64,000 nucleotides of DNA from Desulfobacteraceae bacterium (lineage in GTDB: Bacteria > Desulfobacterota > Desulfobacteria > Desulfobacterales > UBA5616): positions 4,779-68,778 of the forward strand of contig VMSV01000023.1 in NCBI GenBank assembly GCA_013791935.1. Reading direction: 5' to 3'. The notes under the pieces were generated by a model that worked only from the letters and a program-made list of their open reading frames with translations, did no database searches and was not told where the DNA came from. Made by a program: the position numbers and the translations under genes. Shown here piece after piece: positions 8,519 through 17,580 of the stretch (positions are counted from its first letter, which is position 1; each line of letters begins with the position of its first letter).

Positions 8519-10719
8519 ACAGAGGCTCCTTCATGGTAAATCGGCATTTTGATGGAAAATACCGTTCCCCTGGACCGGGTTGCCGAAAGGGGGGAATCCG
8601 TGGAAATGCTTTCACAGTCAATGGTTCCTCCGTATTTGGAGATGATGCCGTAGGTCACGGCCAAACCCAGGCCCGTGCCTTCCCCTTCGGGTTTTGTGGT
8701 AAAAAAAGGTTCGAAAATCCGGTCCATGTTTTCCCTGGAGATGCCGTGGCCCGTATCCTCGATCTGAACCTCGGCTTTCCGGCTTTTTTCATCCCATCGG
8801 GATCGAATGGTGAGCTTGCCGCCACCCTTCATGGCCGAAGAAGCATTGTTGATCAGGTTCAAAAACACCTGCTGTAATTCTCTGGGATCCCCTTGCACCG
8901 GAGGAATGTCCTTGGCCAGATGGGTCACCAACTCAATGTTTTCCATTTCAAGGGTATGACCGACGATGGTGATGATTTCCCTAAGCTCTTCATTGATATG
9001 GGCTTTTTCAGTCTTCCCCCCTCCGAACCGGGCGAATCGAAGCAGGTTTTCCACAATCCGTTTGCAATTCATGCCCTGCCTTTCAATGGTTTTCAAGTCT
9101 TCGTATGCCTGGGTATCCTTGGGGGTTTTGCGGACCAGCAAATCGGTGAAACCCAGAATAACGCCCAGGGGATTATTGATTTCATGGGCCACGCCTGCCG
9201 CAAGGGTTCCCATGGAAGCCAGTTTTTCCGCATTGATGAGCTGGTGTTCCATATTTTTTTCATTGGTCACATCCCTGGCAATGCACAGAATGGATCCAAC
9301 TCCCCCGGATTCTTCCCGAACCGGCATGAAGTTCACGCTGAGCCAGAGCTCATGGTCTCCCACCTGGAGGGCGAACTCATCACGAATGCTTCTGCCGTGC
9401 CGGAAAACCAATTGGAGTATTTTTTGATTTTTGGCAAAAGCCTCGTCCGGAAAAACCAGATGAATACTTTTCCCGATAAAATCCTCCGGGCTCCCACCCA
9501 GAAAAGCTGCGGTGAAACTGTTAATGGATTGAAACTCCCCTTCCGGGTTCACCGTATAAATGAAATCTTCAGCGCTTTCCACCAGGGACCGGTATTTTTC
9601 TTCGGATTTTTTCAAGGACAGGGTGCGTTCCTCCACTTTTTCTTCTAGTTCCCGGGTCCATCGCATTTCATTCAGAAGAATGGCTGTACCTGCGAAAATC
9701 ACAACGATGATGATGATGACCTGAAAAAGAGAGCGCCATAGATAGGTTTGGTTGATGTATTCATCCACTTCCGAGGCCGGAGCCACCACGGCCACAGACC
9801 ATCTCTGCAAGGGGAACTCGGATACGGTAATCGGACAATAGGCTATGAGCTTTTCGATTTCACCGGTAATGCCCCGATGCCAGCCTGTTTGATAGGACCC
9901 GGCCCCTTCAAGCCCCATGAGCATCTGGTTCTCCTGGATAAAATTAATGGTTTCATGGGACATCTCCGGGTTTCGTTCTCCCCGGGCTGTAAAAGCACTT
10001 TTCCCGATGAACTCCGTATAGGGATGGTCCAGGAAAATACCGTCCTGGGCCACAACCCAGGCATATCCAGTTTTCCCCGACCGGGCGTTTTTAAGAAACT
10101 GATTGAGAAATCGGGTGATGTCCAGTTCCATGGTCAAGGTGAACCTGGGGTCGACAAAGGATCGTCCCAGAATCATATGGATTCCTCCGGTTTTTTGAAC
10201 CGGGAACGAAGCATAAGCCCCCTGGGGGACCTCCTTGATGGAATCCATGAAAATGGATTGGTTTTCTGAGGCAAAATCCTGAATCATCCAGGGTTGTGAA
10301 TACTCATAGGAATACATTTTCTTCTGAACCTGATCCAGGATATTGATTCGGAAAATCCCGTTTTTCATCACCCGCAGGAGGGTTTTTTCCAACCCTCCCT
10401 GCATGGCCATCAAGTCCTCGGATGCCTTTGGCTTTGCTACGGTGATCATTCCGATTTCTCTTCGAATGAATTCCAGTTCGCGCTCAATGTTCCACCGGAT
10501 ATTCCGGGCAATGACCAGCTGTTCCTCATTGAACTGTTTTTTGGCAATTTCCCGCAAATTCCGGCTGGAACGAAAATCCAGGTATGCACTGATGGATAGG
10601 ATGAGGAGGGTGGCGAATAGGAGAAAACCCAGGACCCGTTTGGTTCTTTTCGTTCGAAAAAGCAATTTCAGGTCTTGGCTGAATGTTCGGATAAAATTCT
10701 TAATAAAAGAGAGGTCCAT
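8515..10719 (-). CDS. Sensor histidine kinase (TM - Cache-like - TM - PAS - HisKA - HATPase); partner of the NtrC-type regulator
   Basis: H-box [14 protein letters not shown]. Also [16 protein letters not shown] and GTGLGLAV. It overlaps the regulator gene by 4 nt. Confidence 0.9.
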   Translation of the reverse strand: MDLSFIKNFIRTFSQDLKLLFRTKRTKRVLGFLLFATLLILSISAYLDFRSSRNLREIAKKQFNEEQLVIARNIRWNIERELEFIRREIGMITVAKPKASEDLMAMQGGLEKTLLRVMKNGIFRINILDQVQKKMYSYEYSQPWMIQDFASENQSIFMDSIKEVPQGAYASFPVQKTGGIHMILGRSFVDPRFTLTMELDITRFLNQFLKNARSGKTGYAWVVAQDGIFLDHPYTEFIGKSAFTARGERNPEMSHETINFIQENQMLMGLEGAGSYQTGWHRGITGEIEKLIAYCPITVSEFPLQRWSVAVVAPASEVDEYINQTYLWRSLFQVIIIIVVIFAGTAILLNEMRWTRELEEKVEERTLSLKKSEEKYRSLVESAEDFIYTVNPEGEFQSINSFTAAFLGGSPEDFIGKSIHLVFPDEAFAKNQKILQLVFRHGRSIRDEFALQVGDHELWLSVNFMPVREESGGVGSILCIARDVTNEKNMEHQLINAEKLASMGTLAAGVAHEINNPLGVILGFTDLLVRKTPKDTQAYEDLKTIERQGMNCKRIVENLLRFARFGGGKTEKAHINEELREIITIVGHTLEMENIELVTHLAKDIPPVQGDPRELQQVFLNLINNASSAMKGGGKLTIRSRWDEKSRKAEVQIEDTGHGISRENMDRIFEPFFTTKPEGEGTGLGLAVTYGIISKYGGTIDCESISTDSPLSATRSRGTVFSIKMPIYHEGASV

Positions 10720-11046
10720 AGCGTGCTATCATATTAACAATAAAGATAAAATCATTGATAAATCATCCCCTGAATACCTGGCCCGGACTATGGCAGAAAG
10801 GATGGGGTGTGTCAACATGGGTTCAAAGGCAAGCCATGTCGCAAAATCGGAAGAAGTATCGATATTTTCAACCCTTTTCACCTTCAAAGAAGATAGATTT
10901 TCACAATAGGTTTTAAGAATTTCATTAATCGAATCGATTTGACATCCACGGCCCGAGAATATTAGTAGAAACCTTTAAAATTTCTAATGGATAGGATGAT
11001 TTTTTATAGAGGCTGCAAACCAAAACCATTTTAAGGAGATACCATT

Positions 11047-12087
11047 TTGACCTTTTCTTTCCGCAAAATAACCAAGCCAAAGCGAAAGGCCCTATGGCTT
11101 TACGCCCTGGCTTCAGCCTTTCTGCTTCTTTCCTGTACGTCTGAAACCAAACCAAAACCGACACGGGATAATTTGCTTTCGGTTTCCGGGGAAGTCAAAA
11201 ACCCCTTGGAGCTTTCCTTGGAAGACCTCAAGGCCATGCCCTCCCTCTTCATCAAGGATGTTCTTTTCATCCAAGAGAAGGAGCGTTGCGGGGATCCTGA
11301 AAAATTCATTCACGGTGCACACTTCCGGGGGGTTCTTCTGAAGGATGTGCTTCTGAAAGCCGGAATGAAATATGTCAGAAAATGGGAGCCCGGCGTGTAT
11401 ATCACGGTGTACGACACCCAAGGCAAAGAGGAGGTTTTTTCATTCGGGGAAATTTTTTACTCCAGCATCGGGCGTAGCGTTCTGCTGGCTTTTGAAGAAA
11501 ATGACAAGCCCATGGTTTTTCCCCAGGGGGTTTGCGACCTGTTGGTGTCCACGGACCTGCGGGCCGGACGAAGGCTTCAGGGTGTATCCCGCATTGAGGT
11601 TTCCCGGGTGGATGTGGAGATGTTGGCTTATGATGATAAAAAAGAAAAGGTCGTAAGGCCCCCCACCCTGGCCTTTATGCTCATGGACCATAAAACCGGC
11701 GCAACCCGAAATATCTCTCTGGAAACCCTCAAGGCACTTCCCCCCGTTCGCCTGCCCTTTGCCGTCATGGCTGGAGATTGCGAGGGGTTCCGCGGCATTT
11801 ATTCCTTCGAAGGGATTTTGTTGAAAGATCTTCTGGTACAATCCGGCGTGGACCCCTGTCGGCCGGAGTACAACCGCTATGTTCTGGTGGCCAGCGAGGA
11901 CGGGTTCTGCGCCACTTTTTCCTTCGGTGAACTTTTCAATTCCCGGCTGAACAACAACCTGGTCATCGCCTATAAACTGGACGATGCTTTGCTCAATGAA
12001 AGCCAAGGCTTCGCCATGTCCGTTGCCGGGGAGGACAATTTGGGGGGTCGTTCCGTCAAACGCATTCAAAGAATAGAACTTTTTTAG
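11047..12087 (+). CDS. Lipoprotein made of two tandem YedY/sulfite-oxidase-like 'oxidoreductase molybdopterin-binding' fold domains
   Basis: Lipobox LLLSC. Two internal repeats carry the pattern G-x-V-x-x-P-L-x-L-S-L-E-x-L-K-A-(M/L)-P ... F-x-G-(V/I)-L-L-K-D-(V/L)-L ... FSFGE(I/L)F ... R-x-(L/V)-(Q/K)-x-(V/I)-x-RIE(V/L). AGGAG lies 8 nt before the TTG start. Confidence 0.55.
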   Translation: MTFSFRKITKPKRKALWLYALASAFLLLSCTSETKPKPTRDNLLSVSGEVKNPLELSLEDLKAMPSLFIKDVLFIQEKERCGDPEKFIHGAHFRGVLLKDVLLKAGMKYVRKWEPGVYITVYDTQGKEEVFSFGEIFYSSIGRSVLLAFEENDKPMVFPQGVCDLLVSTDLRAGRRLQGVSRIEVSRVDVEMLAYDDKKEKVVRPPTLAFMLMDHKTGATRNISLETLKALPPVRLPFAVMAGDCEGFRGIYSFEGILLKDLLVQSGVDPCRPEYNRYVLVASEDGFCATFSFGELFNSRLNNNLVIAYKLDDALLNESQGFAMSVAGEDNLGGRSVKRIQRIELF

Positions 12088-12098
12088 GAGTATAAAAA

Positions 12099-14219
12099 AT
12101 GAACAACCGCAGAAAAATAGCATGCTTTGCCTTTATGATCTGGTGTGTGGCTTCCTTTGCCTTGGCCGTTGAAAACGATTTTTCGGTTTTCGATCTCGGG
12201 GAAATCGTGGTCACGGCCAAAAACCAAGGCCAGGAAGGCCCTTCCACGGTTTCGGAAATCACCGCTTTGGATATTGAAAAGAAAAACGCGTCCAACCTGG
12301 GGGATGCTCTGAAATGGATTCCCGGCGTTCATGTTCGTCAGGGCCGGACCAAGGAGGGTTTCTATATTACGCTTCGGGGCTATGAGCAGGAAAACGTCCT
12401 GATTCTTCTGGACGGCATTCCCCTCAACGTGCCCTATGAAGGGCTGGTGAACCTGGCAGACATTCCGGTGGAGAATATCGCCCGGATCAAAGTTGTCAAA
12501 GGCAATGCATCTGCTCTTTACGGCCCCAATGCCATGGGAGGCGTGGTGAATGTGATCACCAAAAAAGGGACTGATAAGCCGAGCCTTTCAGGCACCTACA
12601 GCGTCAGTGATTACAACACCCACCACCTGGTGGCAACCCACGGCTGGCAGGTGGGCAATTTCAGCTATTTTGTCGGTGCGGCCCACCAGCAGTCTGACGG
12701 CTGGAAACTTGCAGACACTTACGCCTACCCTGAAACGGTATATGCCAGTATGGCGGCGGCACCGGCCAACCCCGGAACCGTGCCCAACGTGCCTATTGCC
12801 CCGGATTCCGGAAAAAGAGAAAACTCCGATTACCGGAAAAACTCCATTACCTTTACCGGAAGCCTGGAAGCAACCCCTGAAAATACCCTGGGCCTGTCCA
12901 TGGAGTACTACAACCATGAATACGGCATGCCTGCGGTCCCCATCATTCGCGATCACCGTCGGGGAATCTTTTACTTTCCCAGGTACTGGCGTTTTTCCGA
13001 CTGGGAACGCTTCACGGTAAACCTGATCGATGAATACCGCATCACCCCAGCACTCAGAACCAAATTCCGGTTGTTCTACGATGATTACGACAATACCCTG
13101 GACGCCTATGATGGTCCGGACTATGCCACCCGGAACCGCATCGGGCCGCCTTCGGGCCCGGGGGAATATAATGACTACAGCAGCGGTGCCCAGGTCCAGT
13201 CCTTTTGGAACAATACTCAAAACAATGAAATCCGCCTGGGTGTCCAATTCAAACGGGATGTTCACAGGGAAAACTTCCTGGACGGACCCTTTGACACCCT
13301 GATTTCCCATACCCTGTCTCTTTCCCTGGAAGATGAATTGCGTATCGGAGATGGTTTGGCCCTTACCGCCGGTGCCGGTTATGATAGGTTTGACAAAAGA
13401 AAAAAGGACCAGGAAGAGGAAACGGACAAAGACCCGGGCAGAGATATCGAAACCTTCAGTCCCCAAGCGGGCCTTGCCTGGGATTTCAACGACGCCCTGA
13501 CGTTTTCCTTCTCCGTGGGAAAAAAGGTGCGTTTCCCCACCATGCGGAACCTCTATGCCGACGGGGTCCTGGGACCTGAAGGGAACCCTGATTTAAAGGA
13601 GGAAAAAGCCCTGAACTATGAAGCGGGAGCCACCTGGGCCGTCCGGGAGAACATCGAAGTGGATGGGGCGGTGTTTTACAGCGATATCACCGATCTGATC
13701 AACTTTGACAACATCATCGGCCGCTTCGAGCAGTATGAAAGCGCAGTGATCAAAGGCTTCGAACTGGGGCTGAGTACCCGTTTTTCAGAGGGCCTTCTGG
13801 CCAGGCTCGGATACACCTTCCTGGATACCCAAAACAATTCCATGGTCACCATTGACAACGAAATTCATGAGGATCTAACCTATAAACCCGATGAGCTTCC
13901 CTATCGATCGAAGCACAAAATCGATCTGGATGTGAGCAAGAAATTTCTTTTCGGTCTTGAAGTCGCGTTGAACGGAAGCTATTTTTCAAAACAGCGGTAC
14001 TACGACCATTACGATCCCACCAACATCAACCATATGGTGAGCATTCCCAAGTGGCTGGATGATTATTTTCTTTTCAACCTGAAACTCACCCGGAGAATTT
14101 CCAAAAATGCCGATGTTTTTCTGGCCGGCGAAAACCTTTTCAACGAAACCCATGAGGACATCTCCCTGGTTCCCGGAAAAGGCAGGGCCCTCTGGGCAGG
14201 TGTAAAACTGTCATTGTAA
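12099..14219 (+). CDS. TonB-dependent outer-membrane receptor
   Basis: Signal peptide, then plug motifs (GEIVVTA, DALKWIPGV, LLDGIPLN, VKGNASALYGPNAMGGVVNVITKK), followed by a long beta-barrel. Confidence 0.9.
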   Translation: MNNRRKIACFAFMIWCVASFALAVENDFSVFDLGEIVVTAKNQGQEGPSTVSEITALDIEKKNASNLGDALKWIPGVHVRQGRTKEGFYITLRGYEQENVLILLDGIPLNVPYEGLVNLADIPVENIARIKVVKGNASALYGPNAMGGVVNVITKKGTDKPSLSGTYSVSDYNTHHLVATHGWQVGNFSYFVGAAHQQSDGWKLADTYAYPETVYASMAAAPANPGTVPNVPIAPDSGKRENSDYRKNSITFTGSLEATPENTLGLSMEYYNHEYGMPAVPIIRDHRRGIFYFPRYWRFSDWERFTVNLIDEYRITPALRTKFRLFYDDYDNTLDAYDGPDYATRNRIGPPSGPGEYNDYSSGAQVQSFWNNTQNNEIRLGVQFKRDVHRENFLDGPFDTLISHTLSLSLEDELRIGDGLALTAGAGYDRFDKRKKDQEEETDKDPGRDIETFSPQAGLAWDFNDALTFSFSVGKKVRFPTMRNLYADGVLGPEGNPDLKEEKALNYEAGATWAVRENIEVDGAVFYSDITDLINFDNIIGRFEQYESAVIKGFELGLSTRFSEGLLARLGYTFLDTQNNSMVTIDNEIHEDLTYKPDELPYRSKHKIDLDVSKKFLFGLEVALNGSYFSKQRYYDHYDPTNINHMVSIPKWLDDYFLFNLKLTRRISKNADVFLAGENLFNETHEDISLVPGKGRALWAGVKLSL

Positions 14220-14344
14220 GAAAAATAATGGGTTCCCAAACCAAATTCGGTCTCGAATTGGGCGGTGGCGGGTGTTCCGGGTGCAGTTGCTCCAGTGATT
14301 CCGGGGAATGCTGCTCCTGATGGCGGTTGAAACGCGATTTCCAT

Positions 14345-15091
14345 TTAAGCTTCTCCAGCCAGAAGGGCTGCCCCCAAGGCTCCCACCCCCTGGGGGTATT
14401 CGGGAACCAGGATGTCCCGGCCCAGCAAGCCGGTCAGTAAATGCCGCATACAGATATTGTTTGCCACCCCGCCTGCAAATACCAGGGGATCTTCAAGGGA
14501 TACTCTTTTAAGCATGGTCGCAGACCGTTTGGCCACGGCCATGTGCAATCCCTTTGCAATTTCAAGGGGGCTCTCCCCCTTGGCGATCAGGGTGGTGACT
14601 TCCGACTCCGCAAACACCGTGCACATGCTGTTGATGGATAGATTTTTCTCGGCTTTCAAGGCTTCTGTTCCAAATTCTTCAATGGTAAACCCCAGGGCCC
14701 TGGCCATGATTTCAAGAAATTTTCCGGTGCCGGCCGCACACCGGTCATTCATTTCGAATTTCTTGACTTTTCCATTTTCAGAAAGGGCGATGGCCTTGGT
14801 GTCCTGGCCCCCGATATCAAGAACAGTCCTCGCATGGGGAAACAGTTCCCTTGCGCCTCGGGCATAGGCCTTGATTTCGGTAACCGTTGCCGCATCAAAG
14901 GAGATTTCAAAGAGGTTCCGACCATAGCCTGTGGCCATGATTCGATCGTATGGAACCTCTCTCAGCATGGCCCGGGCTTTGGCCATGGGGTCAAAGCCCG
15001 TGTCCTCCTGAATACTTTTTACAATTTTTCCCTTTTCAACCACCACCAGCTCAATGGACCGGGAGCCGATATCAATCCCAGCAAATTTCAT
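14345..15091 (-). CDS. BcrA/BadF/HgdC-type ATPase: activator of 2-hydroxyacyl-CoA dehydratase / DCCP reductase (DCCP-R-like)
   Basis: MKFAGIDIGSRS..., DIGGQDTK, and DRCAAGTGKFLE (cluster-bridging Cys motif). The ORF extends to 15118; Met at 15091 is preferred. Confidence 0.9.
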   Translation of the reverse strand: MKFAGIDIGSRSIELVVVEKGKIVKSIQEDTGFDPMAKARAMLREVPYDRIMATGYGRNLFEISFDAATVTEIKAYARGARELFPHARTVLDIGGQDTKAIALSENGKVKKFEMNDRCAAGTGKFLEIMARALGFTIEEFGTEALKAEKNLSINSMCTVFAESEVTTLIAKGESPLEIAKGLHMAVAKRSATMLKRVSLEDPLVFAGGVANNICMRHLLTGLLGRDILVPEYPQGVGALGAALLAGEA

Positions 15092-15101
15092 ACTCACTGT
15101 C

Positions 15102-16379
15102 CTATTTAAGCTGCTCAATAAAGGCTTCCAGACGGGTTTTCAACTGCCCGGCATCCTCCATACTGTAATCGGTTTCAATTCTCAGGGTGGGTATATTATT
15201 ATCTTCCAGGGCCTTTTCAATAGGCATGGATTCCATGAGGTAAGGCTGGCAGAACTGCAAACTGTAGTGAATCACCCCATCCGCCCGGTAGGTTTTGGCC
15301 ATCTCTTTGATGTGGCTCAACCGATCCGGGTTGGGCGTAAAGATGGCACAATCGACTTTAAAGTAACGATCCACAAGGGCTTCCATGAGCTCTTCCACCG
15401 TACGGCCGGAATCATTCGTCAGGTTTCGGGTTCCCCGCTCCCCTACGCAGGACTCTTCTCCCACAATCACAGCGCCGGACGATTCGATGAGCCAGGGCAA
15501 CTTCCAGTTGGGAACCGCCATGGGGCATCCGGACAGAAGGACTCTTGGTGTTTTTTCCGAAAATACCCCCTGCTTATTTTGAATTCGGATTTCCAGCTCA
15601 TCACAAATTTTATTCACGGATTCCGTAAAACGCTTGGGATTATCATAGAAAAAAACCTGGTTGGCCAGGAGCGCGTCCAGTCCGGAAATCGGCGCCGGGT
15701 TTTCTTTTCTCAGCAGAGAAAGCCGGTGAATGGCTTTTCGTTTGGCGTTCACCGTATCAATCCCTTGTTTTAAAGATTCAACCGTGATGGTTTTGCCGGT
15801 GAGGCTTTCAACAGCTTCCTTAAACCGGTAATATTCCTTCTTGAGCAATTCGCGACCCATGGGGGATTTCACCTGGGGAAGGTCCATGACATAGAGGTTG
15901 CTCACCAGATCTTTTAAGGTTTCATAGGCTTTTTTCTTCCCATCGCAGGTATTTTCGCCCACCACCATATCCGTGGCCTCAAGATAAGGGCATACCTTTC
16001 CCAGTTTGAAACCGAAGGAGGATTTGATCAGGGCGCAGGTGTTCCGGGGCACGTATTTTTCCACCTCTTCCATGGCGAAATCCGCCCCGGCACACAATCC
16101 CACTAGGGTAGCATTGGCGGCCAGGGCGATTTCCTCGGGAACAAACACGCAATAAGACCCGATGATCTTCCGGCCCTGATCCTTTTCATCCATCAATTCC
16201 TTGATCCGAAGCCCGTGCACCTCGCTCATGACAAAATCAAAATAGCCCATGCCTTCGGGACGGTCTTTTTGGGACAGGAAAATGTCCTGGTATCCTTTTC
16301 CCAACACATTCAGCAGCATATCATGGGCTTCTAAATCCAGCCCCAGCTTCTCCCACATGCTTTTGTAATCTTCGCTCAT
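15102..16379 (-). CDS. Double-cubane-cluster-protein (DCCP)-like member of the 2-hydroxyacyl-CoA dehydratase / benzoyl-CoA reductase BcrC/BadD/HgdB family
   Basis: 425 aa. The N-terminus reads YKSMWEKLGLDLEAHD...RPEGMGYFDFVMSEVHGLRIKEL. It carries conserved Cys (VGENTCDGKKK, SGCPM, EESCVGERG, LQFCQPY) and lies immediately upstream of an activator ATPase. Confidence 0.75.
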   Translation of the reverse strand: MSEDYKSMWEKLGLDLEAHDMLLNVLGKGYQDIFLSQKDRPEGMGYFDFVMSEVHGLRIKELMDEKDQGRKIIGSYCVFVPEEIALAANATLVGLCAGADFAMEEVEKYVPRNTCALIKSSFGFKLGKVCPYLEATDMVVGENTCDGKKKAYETLKDLVSNLYVMDLPQVKSPMGRELLKKEYYRFKEAVESLTGKTITVESLKQGIDTVNAKRKAIHRLSLLRKENPAPISGLDALLANQVFFYDNPKRFTESVNKICDELEIRIQNKQGVFSEKTPRVLLSGCPMAVPNWKLPWLIESSGAVIVGEESCVGERGTRNLTNDSGRTVEELMEALVDRYFKVDCAIFTPNPDRLSHIKEMAKTYRADGVIHYSLQFCQPYLMESMPIEKALEDNNIPTLRIETDYSMEDAGQLKTRLEAFIEQLK

Positions 16380-16531
16380 CAGTTCTCCTTGGATTCGTTT
16401 TTCGGAAAAAGAAAAATATCAGCCTTCTTTTCAGTTGTTGTTATACGAACTGAGGCACCAGATCCAATTCATTATGTGAATGCGTGTTGATCATCGTATT
16501 GAGTTGTTCTATCTTTCCGGTTGAAGGCGCC

Positions 16532-16939
16532 CTAAAACCCCTTTTCCGTGGCCAGGCAAAGTCTTCCGGCCCCGGCGGCCTTGGCCAGATCCATGACCTT
16601 CACCGCCTTGTTTAAGACCACGGCTCGGTCGGCCTTGATCACCACCAGCCGGTTCTTGTCGCTGCCGATCAGGTTCTTAAGCTCTTTGAACAGCCGGTCC
16701 AGGGGAACTTCCTTATCCATGAGAAAAGCCCTTCCCTCCTGGTCCACGTAAACGGTTATCTCCTGCTGGGTCTGGGGGGCGGCGGCCCGGGCCTGGGGCA
16801 GTTTGATCTTGATGCCTTCATCCACCATGAAATTGGTGGTGAGGAGAAAATAGATCAGCAGCATGAACACGATATCGATGAGGGAGGTCAGGGGCGTCTG
16901 AATCGAATAGGGTGCTCTTCTTTTAAATTTCAAAGACAT
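16532..16939 (-). CDS. exbD: ExbD/TolR biopolymer transport protein
   Basis: 135 aa with N-terminal TM PLTSLIDIVFMLLIYFL. Conserved periplasmic domain ...VVIKADRAV.... Confidence 0.9.
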   Translation of the reverse strand: MSLKFKRRAPYSIQTPLTSLIDIVFMLLIYFLLTTNFMVDEGIKIKLPQARAAAPQTQQEITVYVDQEGRAFLMDKEVPLDRLFKELKNLIGSDKNRLVVIKADRAVVLNKAVKVMDLAKAAGAGRLCLATEKGF

Positions 16940-16950
16940 GTTTTTCCCCT

Positions 16951-17556
16951 TTATCTTCTGAAGATAGCCGTCATGAAGGCCACGGCCCCTTCCTGAATCC
17001 GGGCTTCATAATTGTCCACCCGGGCCAGGAGATAACTATGAGCCACCATGGTGGGAAGGGCTACTGCAAGCCCCAGGGCCGTGGTGAGCATGGCCTCCCA
17101 GATCCCGCCAGCCAGGACCGCGGCATTAACTTTTCCGCCCATCTGCTGAATCACCATAAAAGCCTTGATCATCCCCATCACCGTGCCCAAAAGGCCCAAC
17201 AGGGGGGCGATATTGCCGACGGTGGCCAGGGCCTGAAGGTAGGTGGAAAGGTTTCGCACCTCCTCTTCCGTGGAATGGGTGATAACGGATTCCACGGTTT
17301 CCCGATCCTGGTCCCGCACCTGGATGGCTTTGGACAAAACCCGGCCCATGGGGGAATTGCTCTCGGTGAGCAATTGATCGATTTCCTGAATTTTACCCTC
17401 CTTCATGAAATCAATGGTTTTCTGGGCCAGCCCCGCACCCCTGGCTTTCATCTTGGCAAACCGGATGACCCGTTCCACAAAAATGGCCAGGGCCAGGACC
17501 GAACACAGAAGAATGGGGATCACCAGAATCCCGCCTTTGGCTAAAAAATCTAACAT
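16951..17556 (-). CDS. exbB: ExbB/TolQ/MotA proton-channel protein
   Basis: 201 aa. Motif APLLGLLGTVMGMIKAF, with 3 TM segments. Confidence 0.9.
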   Translation of the reverse strand: MLDFLAKGGILVIPILLCSVLALAIFVERVIRFAKMKARGAGLAQKTIDFMKEGKIQEIDQLLTESNSPMGRVLSKAIQVRDQDRETVESVITHSTEEEVRNLSTYLQALATVGNIAPLLGLLGTVMGMIKAFMVIQQMGGKVNAAVLAGGIWEAMLTTALGLAVALPTMVAHSYLLARVDNYEARIQEGAVAFMTAIFRR

Positions 17557-17580
17557 GGAATCACTCCTTTATTCATAGAA

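Noticed and set aside
16446-16461. Sigma-54 promoter upstream of the DCCP gene (TGGTGC-N5-TTCGT on the minus strand).
   Set aside because: Both the -24 and -12 elements deviate from consensus, so it is too weak to call.
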